Assembly: GCF_963921235.1 (NCBI RefSeq)
Contig: NC_086097.1
Location: forward strand, 113,338,001-113,402,000
Source: Mobula hypostoma
Lineage: Eukaryota
DNA: 64,000 bases
Direction of reading: 5' to 3'
Shown in pieces: positions 40,177 through 53,101 of this stretch. A model generated the notes under the pieces. That model did not search any database, was not told the origin of the DNA, and worked only from the letters and a program-made list of their open reading frames with translations. Position 1 is the first letter of the stretch. Each line of letters opens with the position of its first letter. A program made the translations under genes and the position numbers.

Positions 40177-40370
40177 AACATAGGCAGCCATGAAACAAAG
40201 AAATACCACAGAACTTGCTTAGAGAAAAACACCATACAACAAAGACCAAACATCCAACATACAAGAAAAAGAACAAATCGCACAAACAGCCAAAAACGAA
40301 CAAATAACACACAGGACATTAAACATCAAACCGCAGATTCTCCAAAACAATCCAGAAACTACAGCCGCAA

Positions 40371-40636
40371 ACACGAGGAAATCTGCAGAAGCTGGAATTT
40401 CAAGCAACATACATAAAAGTTGCTAGTGAACGCAGCAGGCCAGGCAGCATCTCTAGGAAGAGGTGTAGTCGACGTTTTGGGCCGAGACCCTTCGTCAAGA
40501 CTAACTGAAAGGATCTCCCCCTCTCACTTTCAAATCTCTTACTAGCTCATCTTTCAGTTAGTCCTGACGCAGGGTCTCGGCCCGAAACGTCGACTGTACC
40601 TCTTCCCAGAGATGCTGCCTGGCCTGCTGCGTTCAG
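40371..40636. mobile_element. Inverted pair of Penelope pLTRs with two mutated hammerheads
   Basis: Arms 40427-40511 and 40551-40635 are near reverse complements. Confidence 0.85.
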
Positions 40637-41410
40637 CAGAAATTACAGCCATTGAGTCAGTCAGTTTAACGTTGTTTTGATGGCTGCATGCGCGCAGACC
40701 CACTTCTACACTGAAGCACCTTGATCAAATCTTGCAAATAGTAAAGTAAGTTAAACAAAAACATATGGAATATGAACTGCAGAGCCTGCTAAGGTGAGTC
40801 CACAGTTGAAGAGTATGTTCAGCTCTAAGAACATTAAATGTCAAACTGCAGGCGCTCCCGAAATTGAGTCCACAATCATGAACTTCCTTGCAGTGTGGGA
40901 CGCAAGACTTCTGCAGCTACTGCTGACAGCAGCAAGAGGGCGTTTGGTTAAACACAGGCAGATGGTGCTGAACACCTGTTCATTTTCCACTCTCGGCCTT
41001 ATCAATTTTAATCTAGCTCGACGCTTTAATTGGTGCACAGACACGAAACTGAATGTGGGTTTGCGTTCCACCAGTAGGGACTGATGGCCGCCCCTGCACA
41101 CCTTGCTCTTAACCTCGACAGGAGATCACAAAAGCGCCAAATCATTACTCAACTCAAAACTACATCTTTAAAATGAACATTGCAGGGCTGCAATCAATTA
41201 TAGTTTAGGAGAAGTATGTTTAAAAGGAGAAAAAAAAAAGAGTATTAGTCGTTTTGTGAGCTGTTTGTAGGATGTCGTGGTCACTGGCGCCATTTGGCAA
41301 CATCTTCAGTTTTTAAGTAACTAAATTAAATGTTCCTGGTTGGCTCCAAATTGGAAGCGATTCACTGCATATTCATACAAAACACAAAACCGTTTTTCTA
41401 AATACATTAC

Positions 41411-41493
41411 TTGTAATCCTCATTTGCTCCAGTAAAAATAAAAGCTTCCAAGGGATTCCAACATACAGCATTAGTCCGCAGGTCCATGATTAC
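41411..41493 (-). CDS. dcaf13: DCAF13 exon 7 (83 nt)
   Basis: VIMDLRTNAVCWNPLEAFIFTGANEDY(N); gacAG acceptor, GTaatg donor; preceded by a 92-nt intron. Confidence 0.94.
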
Positions 41494-41585
41494 CTGTCAA
41501 AATGTAATTTAAATAAAAAAGTAAACCAGTACGTCGTGTTTTAATTATACTCAATTTAACACAAATATACAACCAATGACCATAC

Positions 41586-41663
41586 CTTCTTCAAAGGAGT
41601 CGCCTGCCTCATATCATACAGGACAATATTTCTATCAGAGGCACAACTGGCAAGAAGGTTTGT
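41586..41663 (-). CDS. dcaf13: DCAF13 exon 6 (78 nt)
   Basis: TNLLASCASDRNIVLYDMRQATPLKK; ttccAG acceptor, GTatgg donor. Confidence 0.95.
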
Positions 41664-43546
41664 CTGGAATGGAATATTACATTTATCAGTATCAGAGAAA
41701 TTAAAATCAACTATGAGGTTAATGAACAAAACTACAGATGACAAAAGCTTGTATGTAAAGTAGTGGAATGGACAGAGGAGTGATTAGTAGACAGAAATCA
41801 CCAAGTAGACGAGAAGACAGTCCTTCACCCACATTTTAGTTAATTTTTGGAATTCTCTGTCCAAGAGAGCTGTGAAGTGATTAACTACATTCAAGAAAAT
41901 AGAGGGACAATGTTCCTCGATTCCCTCCTTTCGTAAAAATTCCATTAATTTTACTACCACTTCCAGCTATAGCAAATTGTTGCCACTGAATAGATGGCTG
42001 CTGCAGTTTTGGGATAGGTGTGCAAATACTCCCACGAAGCCAGGAAATCTGGACAGACTGCCAAAAAAGTCCCAATAGGGGGCTTGTTCTTTGTGCAAGG
42101 AAGCCAGAAATGCAGAGCTCAAGTCTGAATGTTAATAGCAATATGAATTATATCATTGGGTATTTTGTCTGAAAAAACACAGTTCAAGCGGTAATTCTAA
42201 AGGAATCATCATAATCTAGAATTAGTTTGCAAACTATTTTGGATAGTATATTTGATGTAATCTTTCTGGAATTTAACAATACATTTAACAAGAGTCCACA
42301 TGGTAGATTGAAAATAAAAGGCTATGGAATCCAAGATCGTAATGAGGCAAGTATAATTCGATCAAGAGAAATAATGAAGGGAAAAAGTGCAAGTGAAGAC
42401 TACAAATAGATATTGAGAATAGAGGAACAGTGGGATTTAAGAATTCTCATGCAAACACCTATAGATAGCAGTGTAAGAGTCTTCATAATTGCATCATGTA
42501 CAAGGAAACATTTACTTTACTTTCAACACAAAATATAAAAGCTCAATCAAGAATAAATACATTGGGCTCCCGTGGGATTGCCTTATCTTGTGGGTGTACA
42601 GGCCAAGTGACTCATGATGCTCATCACCTGGTGTGTGGTAGATCACTTATTGCTGAAAACATTAACATAATCTTATTACTAGACTAATGGAGGAAGGCCG
42701 AAGATAATAACAGCAGGATCCCTTAAGGGCATCATCCTGAGCCCAGCCTCCTTCAACAAAGATGAAAATACTGGAATAATCCAGCAGGTCAAGCAGCATT
42801 TATAGAAAGAAAACTTTCTCTGCAATTTAAATCAACTTGCTTTCCTTCTTTCTCCATTGTCATTTAAAAGATTAACAAGCAACTCTACTGGACTAGCCAC
42901 ATAAATAGTGTGTCAAATGAGGGGTATCCTCCATTCGGTGACAGACACATCACCTTCCAAGAAAGGCTCACAACCAAGTCTCTCTAAATTTAAGCTCACA
43001 CAAGGACTACAGCCCATTTCCAAACTTGAATTCCTCCATCCCTCACCAAGTGTTCATTGACTCGAACTATTCTTAAAATTTTTTTTTATAGTTTGATTTT
43101 AAATCATCATACTCATGTCGGAATACCTCCATAACCTTAATCTTCTCCAACACTGCTATCACAGTCCACTGGCATCTTGCACAAGCCAACTCTAGCATTT
43201 CATCCAGCTATTACTGACTGCGTATTCGTTGGTTAGGCATGAAGCCTTGCAATTCCATCACTGTCACTTTCAAGATGTTTATCCAATCCTACTCTTTACA
43301 TGAACTAACATTTTGTATTCATTTTTGCAGGTAATTTTCCCTCCACGCTAATAGTATCTCAGGGCATTTCACTGCAATGAAGGTATACAGGTGATTTGAG
43401 TCTTGACTCAAAAATCAACTGTCCATTTCCCTCAACAGATGCTGTCTGACCAGCTAAGTCCCTCAAGCAGTTTGTTTCTTGCCCCATTTTATCAGTCAAT
43501 TAATACAAAGAATTTTAGAAACAACAGAATTTCGCTAGAAATTTAC

Positions 43547-43702
43547 CTCTATTGGATTAAACTTAATACTGCTGATACTGTCCACGCTCCATGTAAATGA
43601 GCGGATTGGGCTGGTCCTCTGCTCATCCCAGATGTCCACCTGCTGTCCACATGTGGCAAACACACCATCTCTCCAATGATGATCAATTCCTGTATAAACA
43701 GT
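43547..43702 (-). CDS. dcaf13: DCAF13 exon 5 (156 nt)
   Basis: TVYTGIDHHWRDGVFATCGQQVDIWDEQRTSPIRSFTWSVDSISSIKFNPIE; AG acceptor, GTaaat donor. Confidence 0.95.
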
Positions 43703-44737
43703 CTAAGCATTGCATGGATTATTACATTTGTTCAGAGTACCAAGCAAACATGCAATGCTAAAATACGTGCAGCAATACTGGGATAAAATAAAGTGAACTC
43801 TCCAGAAATGAAAATAATTCAGTCAACCAGAAGAGTGAAAGTTTTAATCTGGCATTCATTCAAGCTGATTTATAAAGCTAAAAGGCATATTAAAGAGAGA
43901 TAGTGCTGATAAACTAACTAGATAATTTCCTATAAAAGTAAATTGTAGTTATATTTCCATATTTGCTATAACAGCCCTCAGACTGTTCTGCAAACTAACA
44001 GAGAAATAAGCCATCACATCTGTTTCTTGACCTGACACACAAGGTCAACTGGGTGAGTTAAATCATCTGGCAAATTTTAAGAGATCCCAGTTTTACTATC
44101 ACTTTCCCTTTATCATTTAATCTCTCCTCCCTTCCATCGCAAATATTTTCTTAATATTTTTTGCTTTTAAAACTCATCAACTCCAAGATGTATATGAGTT
44201 CTGATAAAAAGCCATTGTTGTGTCGTTCTGTCTCGATGCAGATAGCATATTCCATCTCAGTTAATTTGATATTTTTTTTCATTTATGGTTTTCTCCAACA
44301 TGATGGATGGAAAATTTAAAAAAAACTGTTTCCTTGGCCAAATGAGAATACGTATTCATCGTCTGTCTCCAGGTCTTTCTTGGCTTCAGAGTCTACTTCA
44401 GAGCAACTGAACTCTGTTAGAGCTACGAGCAGTACTAGGTGAGCATGTGCGATGCATTTATAGAAGGTCAAGTTAGCTGATTATAAAATTATGCTGTTTC
44501 CCACAATTTAGAATGGGATTGACACTGTTGTATTTCTGAAAGCAGAGCAAGAGATTCTGCAATATGGTATTTAGGTCAAAAGAAATTTTCTGATATCCAG
44601 TAGCATTTATGGCCTTAGCATGTACTAAGATAAATTTGCAAGATATTTAAGTCTGACAGCACAACAGTCTTTTTATTTAAAGTAATGGTTTTTGCCACTT
44701 TTTTTTAAAATCAAGTATTACAGAAAACATTCCATAC

Positions 44738-44827
44738 CTTGCCTAATATTGTGTGTATTGGCTCTTCTTCCTCATCAAATGCAGGACCCTCCAATTTCCA
44801 TTGTTTGATTGTCTTATCATCACCAAC
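44738..44827 (-). CDS. dcaf13: DCAF13 exon 4 (90 nt)
   Basis: VGDDKTIKQWKLEGPAFDEEEEPIHTILGK; AG acceptor, GTatgg donor. Confidence 0.95.
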
Positions 44828-44904
44828 CTTCAACAAAACATTGCAAATAAGCAAAGCTATTTCCTTTTTACTGACAATGTCATCAGTATAATACAAATTC
44901 ACAT

Positions 44905-44936
44905 AGTAGTAATAATAATAATAATAATAATAATAA
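44905..44936. repeat. (TAG)2(TAA)n microsatellite
   Basis: Read directly. Confidence 0.9.
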
Positions 44937-45002
44937 GGAACAACCATGGCCCATGTGATGTAATTAAATTCTTACCAATAAAAACACGAGCTCAAGTGTA
45001 TT

Positions 45003-45147
45003 ATGGGCAGCATGGTAGCATAGTGGTTAGCACGTTATAAATTGTCCTGTGATTCTGCTAGAATTAAATTGGGGGATTGCTGGGCAGTGCGGCTCAAAGG
45101 GCCAGAAGGGCCTGTTCCGCGCTCTATCGCAACAACTAAATAAAAAT
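45003..45147 (+). mobile_element. Internally deleted tRNA-derived SINE with CR1-type tail (HE1-like)
   Basis: A box tagcatagtgg; tail gggccagaagggcctgttcc resembles the CR1 3' end. Confidence 0.6.
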
Positions 45148-45760
45148 ATAAATTTTCAAATAATTGGCTTGAATTTTCTTCATATTGCTAACATACCTCA
45201 CAACCTTTTATTAGAATAGCTTAACAAATACACCTTTACAAAGCTATGATAGAAACTTGAAGTAGTACTATTTTGTAAAAGATGTACCACTCTTAACATA
45301 AAAACCATAAGGGTTAAGCTTTTAATTCTCATAGTTTAATGGTTTGGGTTATACACTTTCAAATTGGTTTAGAAATAAATCTTCATGTCTTCAGTTAGCC
45401 TTTTCTTTTCCCACTAATTCCATTAAACTTAATAACGAAGTTTTGACCATTACCAGCAAGAATGATGAAGTTCCAAAAATACTTGAGTTCTTTAAATGCA
45501 GCTGATCATTCAGAGACCACTGCTCAAGGATGTGGAACCTTTTTCTGTTCAGACAAAAACCACCAATCTCCTATCTAATTATAATTACAAATATTCTTAT
45601 GTTGTAGCACTATTAACTCCATAATCTTACAAGCATCTATCCTTAATCCATCCTAATGCCCATTTACACAATAGGCCATGGCAATATCACTCAAAAGGGC
45701 AACCTCAGGTTATGTTAGTAAGCCCATGAAAATCAGCCCATCTCAGAAGCATTTCAATTA

Positions 45761-47004
45761 CCGTAAATTCCGGTGTATAAGCTGAGAATTTGGTTCTAAA
45801 TTTTGGTCCTAAAATTAGAGGGTCGGCTTATACAGAGGAACTTTGGAAAAATGAATACGCGGAAGACAAGTCGTATTTATTGGCTGTTTTTGAGTCAAAT
45901 TCATTCCACTGTCGATGCATGAATTCTTTGAATGGTTTGTTTAAACACATCTAGTGGCTGGAGCACGGACATCAAACCACCAGGGATGACTGTAATATTC
46001 ATATTTTCAGCTTTCAGTGCTGCTTTTGTCTCACCTGACAAGTGCGCTTTGAACATGTCCCAGACAAGTAGCAACTTTTCCTTCCCGAAACCTTCAGGAC
46101 GTCAACGCCACACCTCTTTAACTCACTTCAAGCAACCCACTTCGTCCATCCAGCAGCATTTTTGGACGTAAACAACAACACCCCGCGGGAATTTTCTGAG
46201 CAATCTTTGTTTTTTGTCTCAACACAGGATCACATCTATTCATAAATCGGGTGCACCAACTTCGCATAGCTTTGAAATTTTCGCTGACCTCATGGTGTTT
46301 TTCGTCCCATTTCAATGCTTGAACTCGAATCATTTCTCTGGTAACAATGTATCCAGATGATCGCTGGTGATTCACCCACTGTAAAACTTTTTCTTCCAGT
46401 TCTGGCCACTGACATGTTTTCCCGTGGTTTGCACATTTCGTCTTTAGCATTTCCCTCAGCATGTCCTCTGCCTTTCTCCACCCTCTCACTTGTTTCTCAT
46501 TTACACTAAACTTCTTAGCAGTGGCAGAATTATTCGGTCCTTCAGCAAAATCAACAACCTTCAGCTTGAGGCCAGCATCATAACGCATTCGTTTTAATCT
46601 TTTGTACATGGTGGTCGCAAACTCAATACTGAGTACACGTACTGATCCCACCACCCCGTGTTATGTTTTAACGAGATTACGATGGGCGCTAAATGGTTTC
46701 ACGGGAGTATAGGATTCTTTACCATTGGAGACCTAATCCAAAATTTCCCTCCTTGATTTATTTATGAAGAATTTGCTTATAACCCTCTACAATGTGTAGG
46801 CCTGTTTTCTTAGCAGGTACTGGTTCACAAAATTTCCAGGTTCCGGACCCGGCAAAGCTGAGTACCAGCATGTGAGATCTTGTGATCTTTTCTGGTTAAA
46901 TCAAAAACCTCTACTAAAGGGGTCGGCTTATACAAAGGTAACATGAAAAAGTCACTTTTTTAACCTTGAAAATGTGGGGTCGTCTTATACTCCGGAATAT
47001 ACGG
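45761..47004 (-). mobile_element. pogo-superfamily (POGK/Passer-like) transposon, internally deleted
   Basis: TA TSDs; TIR ccgtaaattccggtgtataag / cttatactccggaatatacgg; Brinker-type DBD + CENP-B HTH, DDE remnants LLVWDMFKAHL and IPGG..LQPLDV. Confidence 0.9.
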
Positions 47005-47423
47005 TAGTCTTTTCACAGTCCCTCATTTCTCGCATTGTATATTAATTATAATACACACACATATTCCCAATGAACACTGAAATCTCAAATCTATTGACAC
47101 ATGTGTAGACATCCATCACTCTAAGTAATAAAAACAGAAAATTCTGGAAATACTCTGTAAGAACATCTGTAAGAACAGGAACTTTATTTAAAACACTCCA
47201 TTTTTATTTTTGATTTCCAACTTCTGTAGTTTTTTTGATTTATGCTCATTCAAATCTCTGTAGTCACATAATTAACTCTTATTAGCTAATCACGTCTGTG
47301 CTGCTGTATAATCTGGCCCTGTGAATAGCTATCACTTCCTTTGTTCCATTTTGCAAACAAGTTTTACCCACTGCAATAAACCTCTGCCTTCCTGTTCTGT
47401 TTTATGCTTAAGAAATTCCTTCA

Positions 47424-47635
47424 GGTCGGCTGGTGGCGCAGTGAGATCAGCGCTGGGCTTGAGAACGGAGGTTCCCAAGTTCGATCCAGTGACAGACAGT
47501 TCCCTAGCACGCTCTCCATCCATGCCCGGTTGACGTCGAGCTCACAACTCGACCTAGTAAAAAAAAATACTGCCACCTCCAGTTTAAATTCCCACATGGA
47601 ATATTGTGGAGGATCAAATACCCAAACCCAAAACC
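47424..47635 (+). mobile_element. tRNA-derived SINE
   Basis: A box tggcgcagtg, B box gttcgatcc; head shared with 21455-21716. Confidence 0.75.
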
Positions 47636-48922
47636 TACCTCTCTGGCACTACTTTCCACATCTTATTCTTAAGCCATTCAATATTATTTGTTAAAATTTG
47701 TGTAAGAAAAATCCTGTGACTTGGGATAGCCTCTTCTGTTCAACAATTCATTCCACAAAAAAATTCCTCATTTAACCTTCTGAAATTCATTACCTTTTCT
47801 AACAGTTTAAATCAATCTCGTTCTTCAACGATCGAGGCAAAAAGCCTTCATAATTTTTTTCTTTTATACCAACTTGATTTTAGAATAACAATAATTTCCT
47901 TAAGACTTTACAAGGAAAACATTGAAACAGAACTTATATCATGACATATTATAAGTGAAGAAATTGCTGTGATGTATGGATAACTTCATTTGAGATTAAC
48001 AGTCATTGACAACAAAAGGAAGAAAGTATAATGAGGGTCCAAGAGTTCTGATCCATGTCAAGTTTCCAAACTTTACCTTACTGTACAATTACTTCAGATA
48101 TGCCAACTGCCTGTGTATCCTTAACAGCCTACACACTTCATTTTATTCCCTTAAAATAATAGCCATATTTTTATTTATCATTTCAAAATAATCCTTTAAA
48201 CTGACACTATTTGTTCAAATGTTCTCCTGTAAAAAGCAAGTTAGTTATATTTTTAAAATGTTAACATTAATCATTGATGATCTCAATCAATGGGATTTAT
48301 TGCTCTCCCTATCCATCTGGCTATTTCCCCAATTTATAGTTATACACCTTGCTCTCCGCATCGTACTATCCTGTCTGTGTATCACATAGGTAGTTGGGAT
48401 GCAATATCCGTGGTCGACCCCAACCAAAGGAGGGCTTCAAAATAGTCATACAATCATCTTTGCCCAATTAAAAGAAATCACTGATTAATAGGATTTACGA
48501 TTAAAGTTTAATTCATGTTTTTTCTAATTTTCACTGCATTGTTTTCTTTTAGTTGTAAAGGATAACATATCAGTAAGGAGGGAGCAAGCACAAAACATGG
48601 CACAGGGCTTGATCTCTGGAATAGTTTTTGTTGTTTAATTTCTAATCGGAGAAGATTACTGGAAACAGCCTGATGCATTTCTTCAGAATTCATCTTTACT
48701 TCATGGGTGTTACACATCCTTGCCTACTACCATCTTGCCTGTGGTATAATACTAGAGTCTGAAATATATAGAAGGTGGACCTAAATTCATAAAGGCTTAC
48801 ATTTAATGAGTAAATTAATCATAAAAACATCCAATACTTGCTTGACATTACTGAGGATTTGGTTAAAAAAAAAAGAACATTTTGATAACAGCCATGATTA
48901 TTACACGAAATTTGGTACTCAC

Positions 48923-49030
48923 TGAAAAAAATGATGTACCACAGAATCTGGAACAGATACCTCTGACAAAGCCTGTGTGTGCTTGTACAGTATGGACGCA
49001 TTCACGTTTCATCAAGTTCCAAACTTTGAT
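48923..49030 (-). CDS. dcaf13: DCAF13 exon 3 (108 nt)
   Basis: IKVWNLMKRECVHTVQAHTGFVRGICSRFCGTSFFS; acceptor ttttgggtAG, donor GTgagta. Confidence 0.94.
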
Positions 49031-49829
49031 CTACCCAAAAATAAAAGCAAAAGTCACATTATCTCAAGAAATGTAGAAATTCTCTTTTTACAGAAGTATG
49101 ATAAATAATGAGTGTCATACTTCAAATTAACTTTATAAACAATTTCAACTAGTCAGAAATTTCAAGGAACTTTAACTTAGGGATTCAATTTATACAGATG
49201 CATGGAAGATAAGAATTGACGTTACATTAAACTAAATTTAATTTTGCAGGTGGTGAAGTATTATTATTGATAATAGGAAAATTTTTGATCATTTCCCTTG
49301 CACCCAAGAATGAGAATCCTGTCCTTCGGGATGCATTTAGCAGTGAGACACTTACAATATTGGTTCCTCTTGAATTTGCATTCAGAACAAGGAAAAGATT
49401 TTAATAGCAACGTAAAATACAACTTGCTTTCTGATTGCAACGTATGCCAGCTGAGAAGTTTTTTCACAATGTCATAAAAGAAATGAAAAGGGTGTCTAAG
49501 ATGAAAGGTCAAACAGGATGTCACCTCTTTCTCTTCGATTGTATGGTGTGGAAACAAACTAAAAAAAAATCCCTCTCAACAATTATTTAAAAATTTAATT
49601 TGACTTCTTGATAGGATGGAATGATTCATAGCTGCCAACAGCCGTAACGACTGCTCCTGTACTAAACAAGATATGGATCATTTACCATTTAATGAAACAG
49701 TGAGTCACATAAAATAGAGCACTTGTACAAACAGCAACGTACATTCACAAGCAATTTCCAGAAGGCAGAAAGTGATAAACATTATCTCACTGCCACCAAA
49801 ATAAAGTTGAAATGAAAAATTAAAAAAAA

Positions 49830-50480
49830 TACCAGATGCTGGAAAGCAGAACTAAAATAAAACACAGAAAATGCTAGAAGCACTTGTGTCAGGCAACATT
49901 TGTGGAAAGACAAACAAAGTCTTAGTAGGAAATGGGAAAAAGAGAAAACAAGTTGTTTTATGTTGCAGAGAGAATAAGGGACCGATAGATAAGACAAAGG
50001 TATATCCTTCATAAGTCAGCCCAAGGTTTCTGTGGGGGTAAACTGTTACAAGGCAGGATTCTGTTGAACAAAGAATTAAAACTATGGACTGAGATTAGTT
50101 AAAGAATGAGAACACAAACAAAGAAATGTAACAAGAAAAGTTGCAGAACACTGAGGAGAATATTTTAATGTTCAGAGAAATATGGAACCAGTATCACAGA
50201 TTGGCAGGCGATTCAGATACAAACACAGAAGCTTGTAGAATTCAGTATTGATTCCAGACTGTAAAGTGCTCAGATGAAAGAATAGGCATTGTTCCTAAAG
50301 CCTGTTGTGTTACATTACAATAGTGCAGGAGGATACAAACAGAGTGGGAGGCAAATCAGAAGGCGAAAGAGGGTGGAGAATTTAAGTGGCAGGCAACAGA
50401 AAACTCAAGATTACAATGGTCTAAACACATGTTGTCTCCAAAATGGTCATCCAATCTGTAATTGGATTCTCCAATGTAAT
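49830..50480 (-). mobile_element. Highly degenerate Penelope-like remnant
   Basis: Weak pLTR and GIY-YIG C-terminal similarity. Confidence 0.45.
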
Positions 50481-51075
50481 GAACACTACATGTAGTACAG
50501 GTCATCCCAAGTTCATGGTAAGGATCCACTTTTGTGAATTATTTGAAACCTGGACAATTACAAGTTGGAAATGTGCCGTGAACTAAGTTCACAGGTGGCA
50601 GAAGATGCTTGCAGCGTCTTGCAAATATATTCTACTGGTCTCCCAAATGTTCCGATTACGGGATATAGATAAACTGGGCATTCAGTACCTGGGGAAGATT
50701 GTCCCATGAGATTGGAGGAACTCACCATACAGTATTAACTGAACCAAAGATTTGGCTCATTCAACTTTGTATCACAAGATGAAGAGCACTTTCGCACCAT
50801 GCTATCAGCCAAGTAGAGAGTTGAGGAAGATGAGAATGAGAGACAGAGTTAGATGAGGAAAGATAGAAAAAAATTCCAAGTCAAACATAAACTCCACCAT
50901 GAACTAATTGGGTCAAAATTACGATTTTCTGCGCTGTATGCTTTGTACTCTTTTGTAATGTTAGCCTTCAAGTAAGTATTTTAACAGCAGATATAATACA
51001 TGGAAGTGCCCTGTTATATCTGGATGTGATAAGAGCAAGGTAAATTGATAAAAATGTCATTTATCATTATCAATG

Positions 51076-51247
51076 TACTGAAGAAGGGTCTTGGTGTGAA
51101 ACATTGACTGTTGTCTTAAAGAAGAACCTTGACCCAAAACATCAACTGTTCGTTCATTCTCGTAGATGCTGCTGGACCTGCTGAGCTCCTCCAGCATTTT
51201 GTGTGTATTGCTTTGGATTTCCAGCATCTGCAGAATTTTGTGTTTTT
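51076..51247 (+). mobile_element. Penelope pLTR with two tandem degenerate hammerhead motifs
   Basis: ctgaagaagggtcttggtgtgaaacattgactg directly followed by cttaaagaagaaccttgacccaaaacatcaactg. Confidence 0.65.
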
Positions 51248-51479
51248 GATAAGATATGTTTTTTGCCTGTAACATGAATCCTATGTTTTAACAAACTTGT
51301 TTTGTCTCAATTTAAGAAATACAGGGGACTTCCGGTAGCGCTCATGGAGTGAAGTCGCGTTCTTGACTCGCTCCATTACCTCTGAGTTTTTTTTCTCTAT
51401 GGTCAGCTATACTTTAATTAACCATTAAGGCATCAATTCTTACAATACTTTGAATTAAACTGAATTCTCCGACAATTGG

Positions 51480-52379
51480 ATGGAACTTAGATCTGCTATG
51501 TCTAAGAACGGGAAAAACGGCAAGGATGGTAAACCTCCGGTCAAACCGAAAGCTACGGATCTCCCCCCGACTGAATCACCGGTGACTTTGAAAGCGATAT
51601 CGGAGTTAATTCAGAGGGAAATTTCAACCTCTGTTAGGGAGATGATTCGTACGGAAATTGCAGGCTCTGTTAAAGACCTGATTCATACGGAAATCTGAAC
51701 TAATTTCCAGAAAATTGCCGATTTAATTGATAAGATGCAAACATGTATTGCGGAACATCAGTCGGCTATATCTGATCTTCAAAAATTCGCGCAACAAAGT
51801 GAGCTTAAGATGGGGAAAATCGAAGAAACAATTAATGTAATGAAGAAGAAACTTGACTTTTTGACTTTTAAAAACTCTGACCTGGAATCTAGAATGCGAC
51901 GGCAGAATTTACGAATGATTGGCGTGAGGGAAGCCGTGGAATCCAACAATCCCATGAAATATTTTTCTCAACTTTTAAAAGATGCATTCCCTACTGTATT
52001 TCCTGACCAACCACCGCTTCTGGATCGTGTTCACAGAATCCCATCATATTCGTCTAGGTCAGATAGACCTAGGCATGTTATTTTACGTTTTCATTATTTT
52101 CAAGACAAGGAGAGACTGTTTCAATTCGCTCGATCTAAAGGTTTCATTGATTTTTCGGATCTTAGGTTCCGATTCGTGGAAGATTTCAGTAAACCAATCT
52201 GGGACCAACGGGTTCGTTACAGATCCGTGATGTCGGAATTCTATAAGATGGATTTAAGACCAGCGCTGCTGTACCCTGCACGTCTAAGGATTCGCATGTC
52301 AGATGGAGCCCTTCGTTTTTTTGATTCTCCATCGGATGCCCAGAGTTATCTGGATCAACTTTCATCTTCAACATCTTAA
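51480..52379 (+). pseudogene. L1 ORF1p (299 codons, internal TGA at 51696)
   Basis: Coiled coil, DLESRMRRQNLRMIG, LDRVHR, PRHVILRF, LLYPARLRI motifs in one frame. Confidence 0.92.
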
Positions 52380-53101
52380 TTGCTTTTTTTTAATTATCTC
52401 CGTTGATCGGAGGCTGTGAATTGGTTGGTTTTAACTTTTTCGTGCCCTATTTGGGCAGAAAAGTTTACTTTTGATTTCTTAATATGGTTGCTAAACTTTC
52501 TTTTTAACTGCGTCATTTCTTTCTTTTCCCAGGGGATTCTGGGTGGTTACTTCCCTTTTGTCATCTTACGTATTTCCTGTGTGGCCTTAAATTTTGTAGT
52601 TTTTTTTTAAATTTTATTCTGTTTTGCTTTTTATAACCACTTTATGTCAATAATCTTATTGTTTCTTGTTGCTGTGTCTATTCATGGGTTTGAGGTTTAT
52701 TGTGGGGTTTTTTTAATATATATTTTCCGGCTTTTGTTCTGTTCTGTGTGTATTTTAATTGAGCTACATTTTTTTTTTACTTTTTTACTGTTTTACAATT
52801 AGCTGATCCTTTTTCATATTTATACCTTTTTTTTTAGGGAGTGTATACCGGAAGTCATGGGGGTAGTTTTAGCGCTTGCTTCTTTCTGGCGGGTCTGCTT
52901 TAGATTTTGCCTTGGGGTCTTGGGGTGGGGGGTGGTGGGAGGGGCTTCACGTTTTAGTTTCTTTCTCTTTGGGCTATATACATTATTGAAGTACTGGTTG
53001 CGTCCTTTTTCCCGGTATCTTTTGTATGTTCTGTTTCCTCTCCGGGTTTGTGGGTCGCGCCTATCGTCAATCCTCCTTGTTGTGGGTTGACTTTAGGATT
53101 T

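Larger units (their letters stand above)
4616..49030 (-). other. dcaf13: DCAF13/WDSOF1 gene span (coding exons 3-11; exons 1-2 not found in window)
   Basis: Nine exons (108, 90, 156, 78, 83, 165, 136, 164, 88 nt) join in frame and read as the WD40 + Sof1 C-terminal protein ending ...KHSKPGSVPLVAERKKHIVAVVK*. Exon numbers follow recalled vertebrate gene structure. Confidence 0.96.

Noticed and set aside
44711..44947. ORF with a poly-Tyr run
   Set aside because: Translation of a (TAA)n microsatellite running into exon 4.
47424..47500. tRNA-like sequences here and near 21650-21716 and 40100-40176
   Set aside because: No complete cloverleaf; they continue into SINE bodies.
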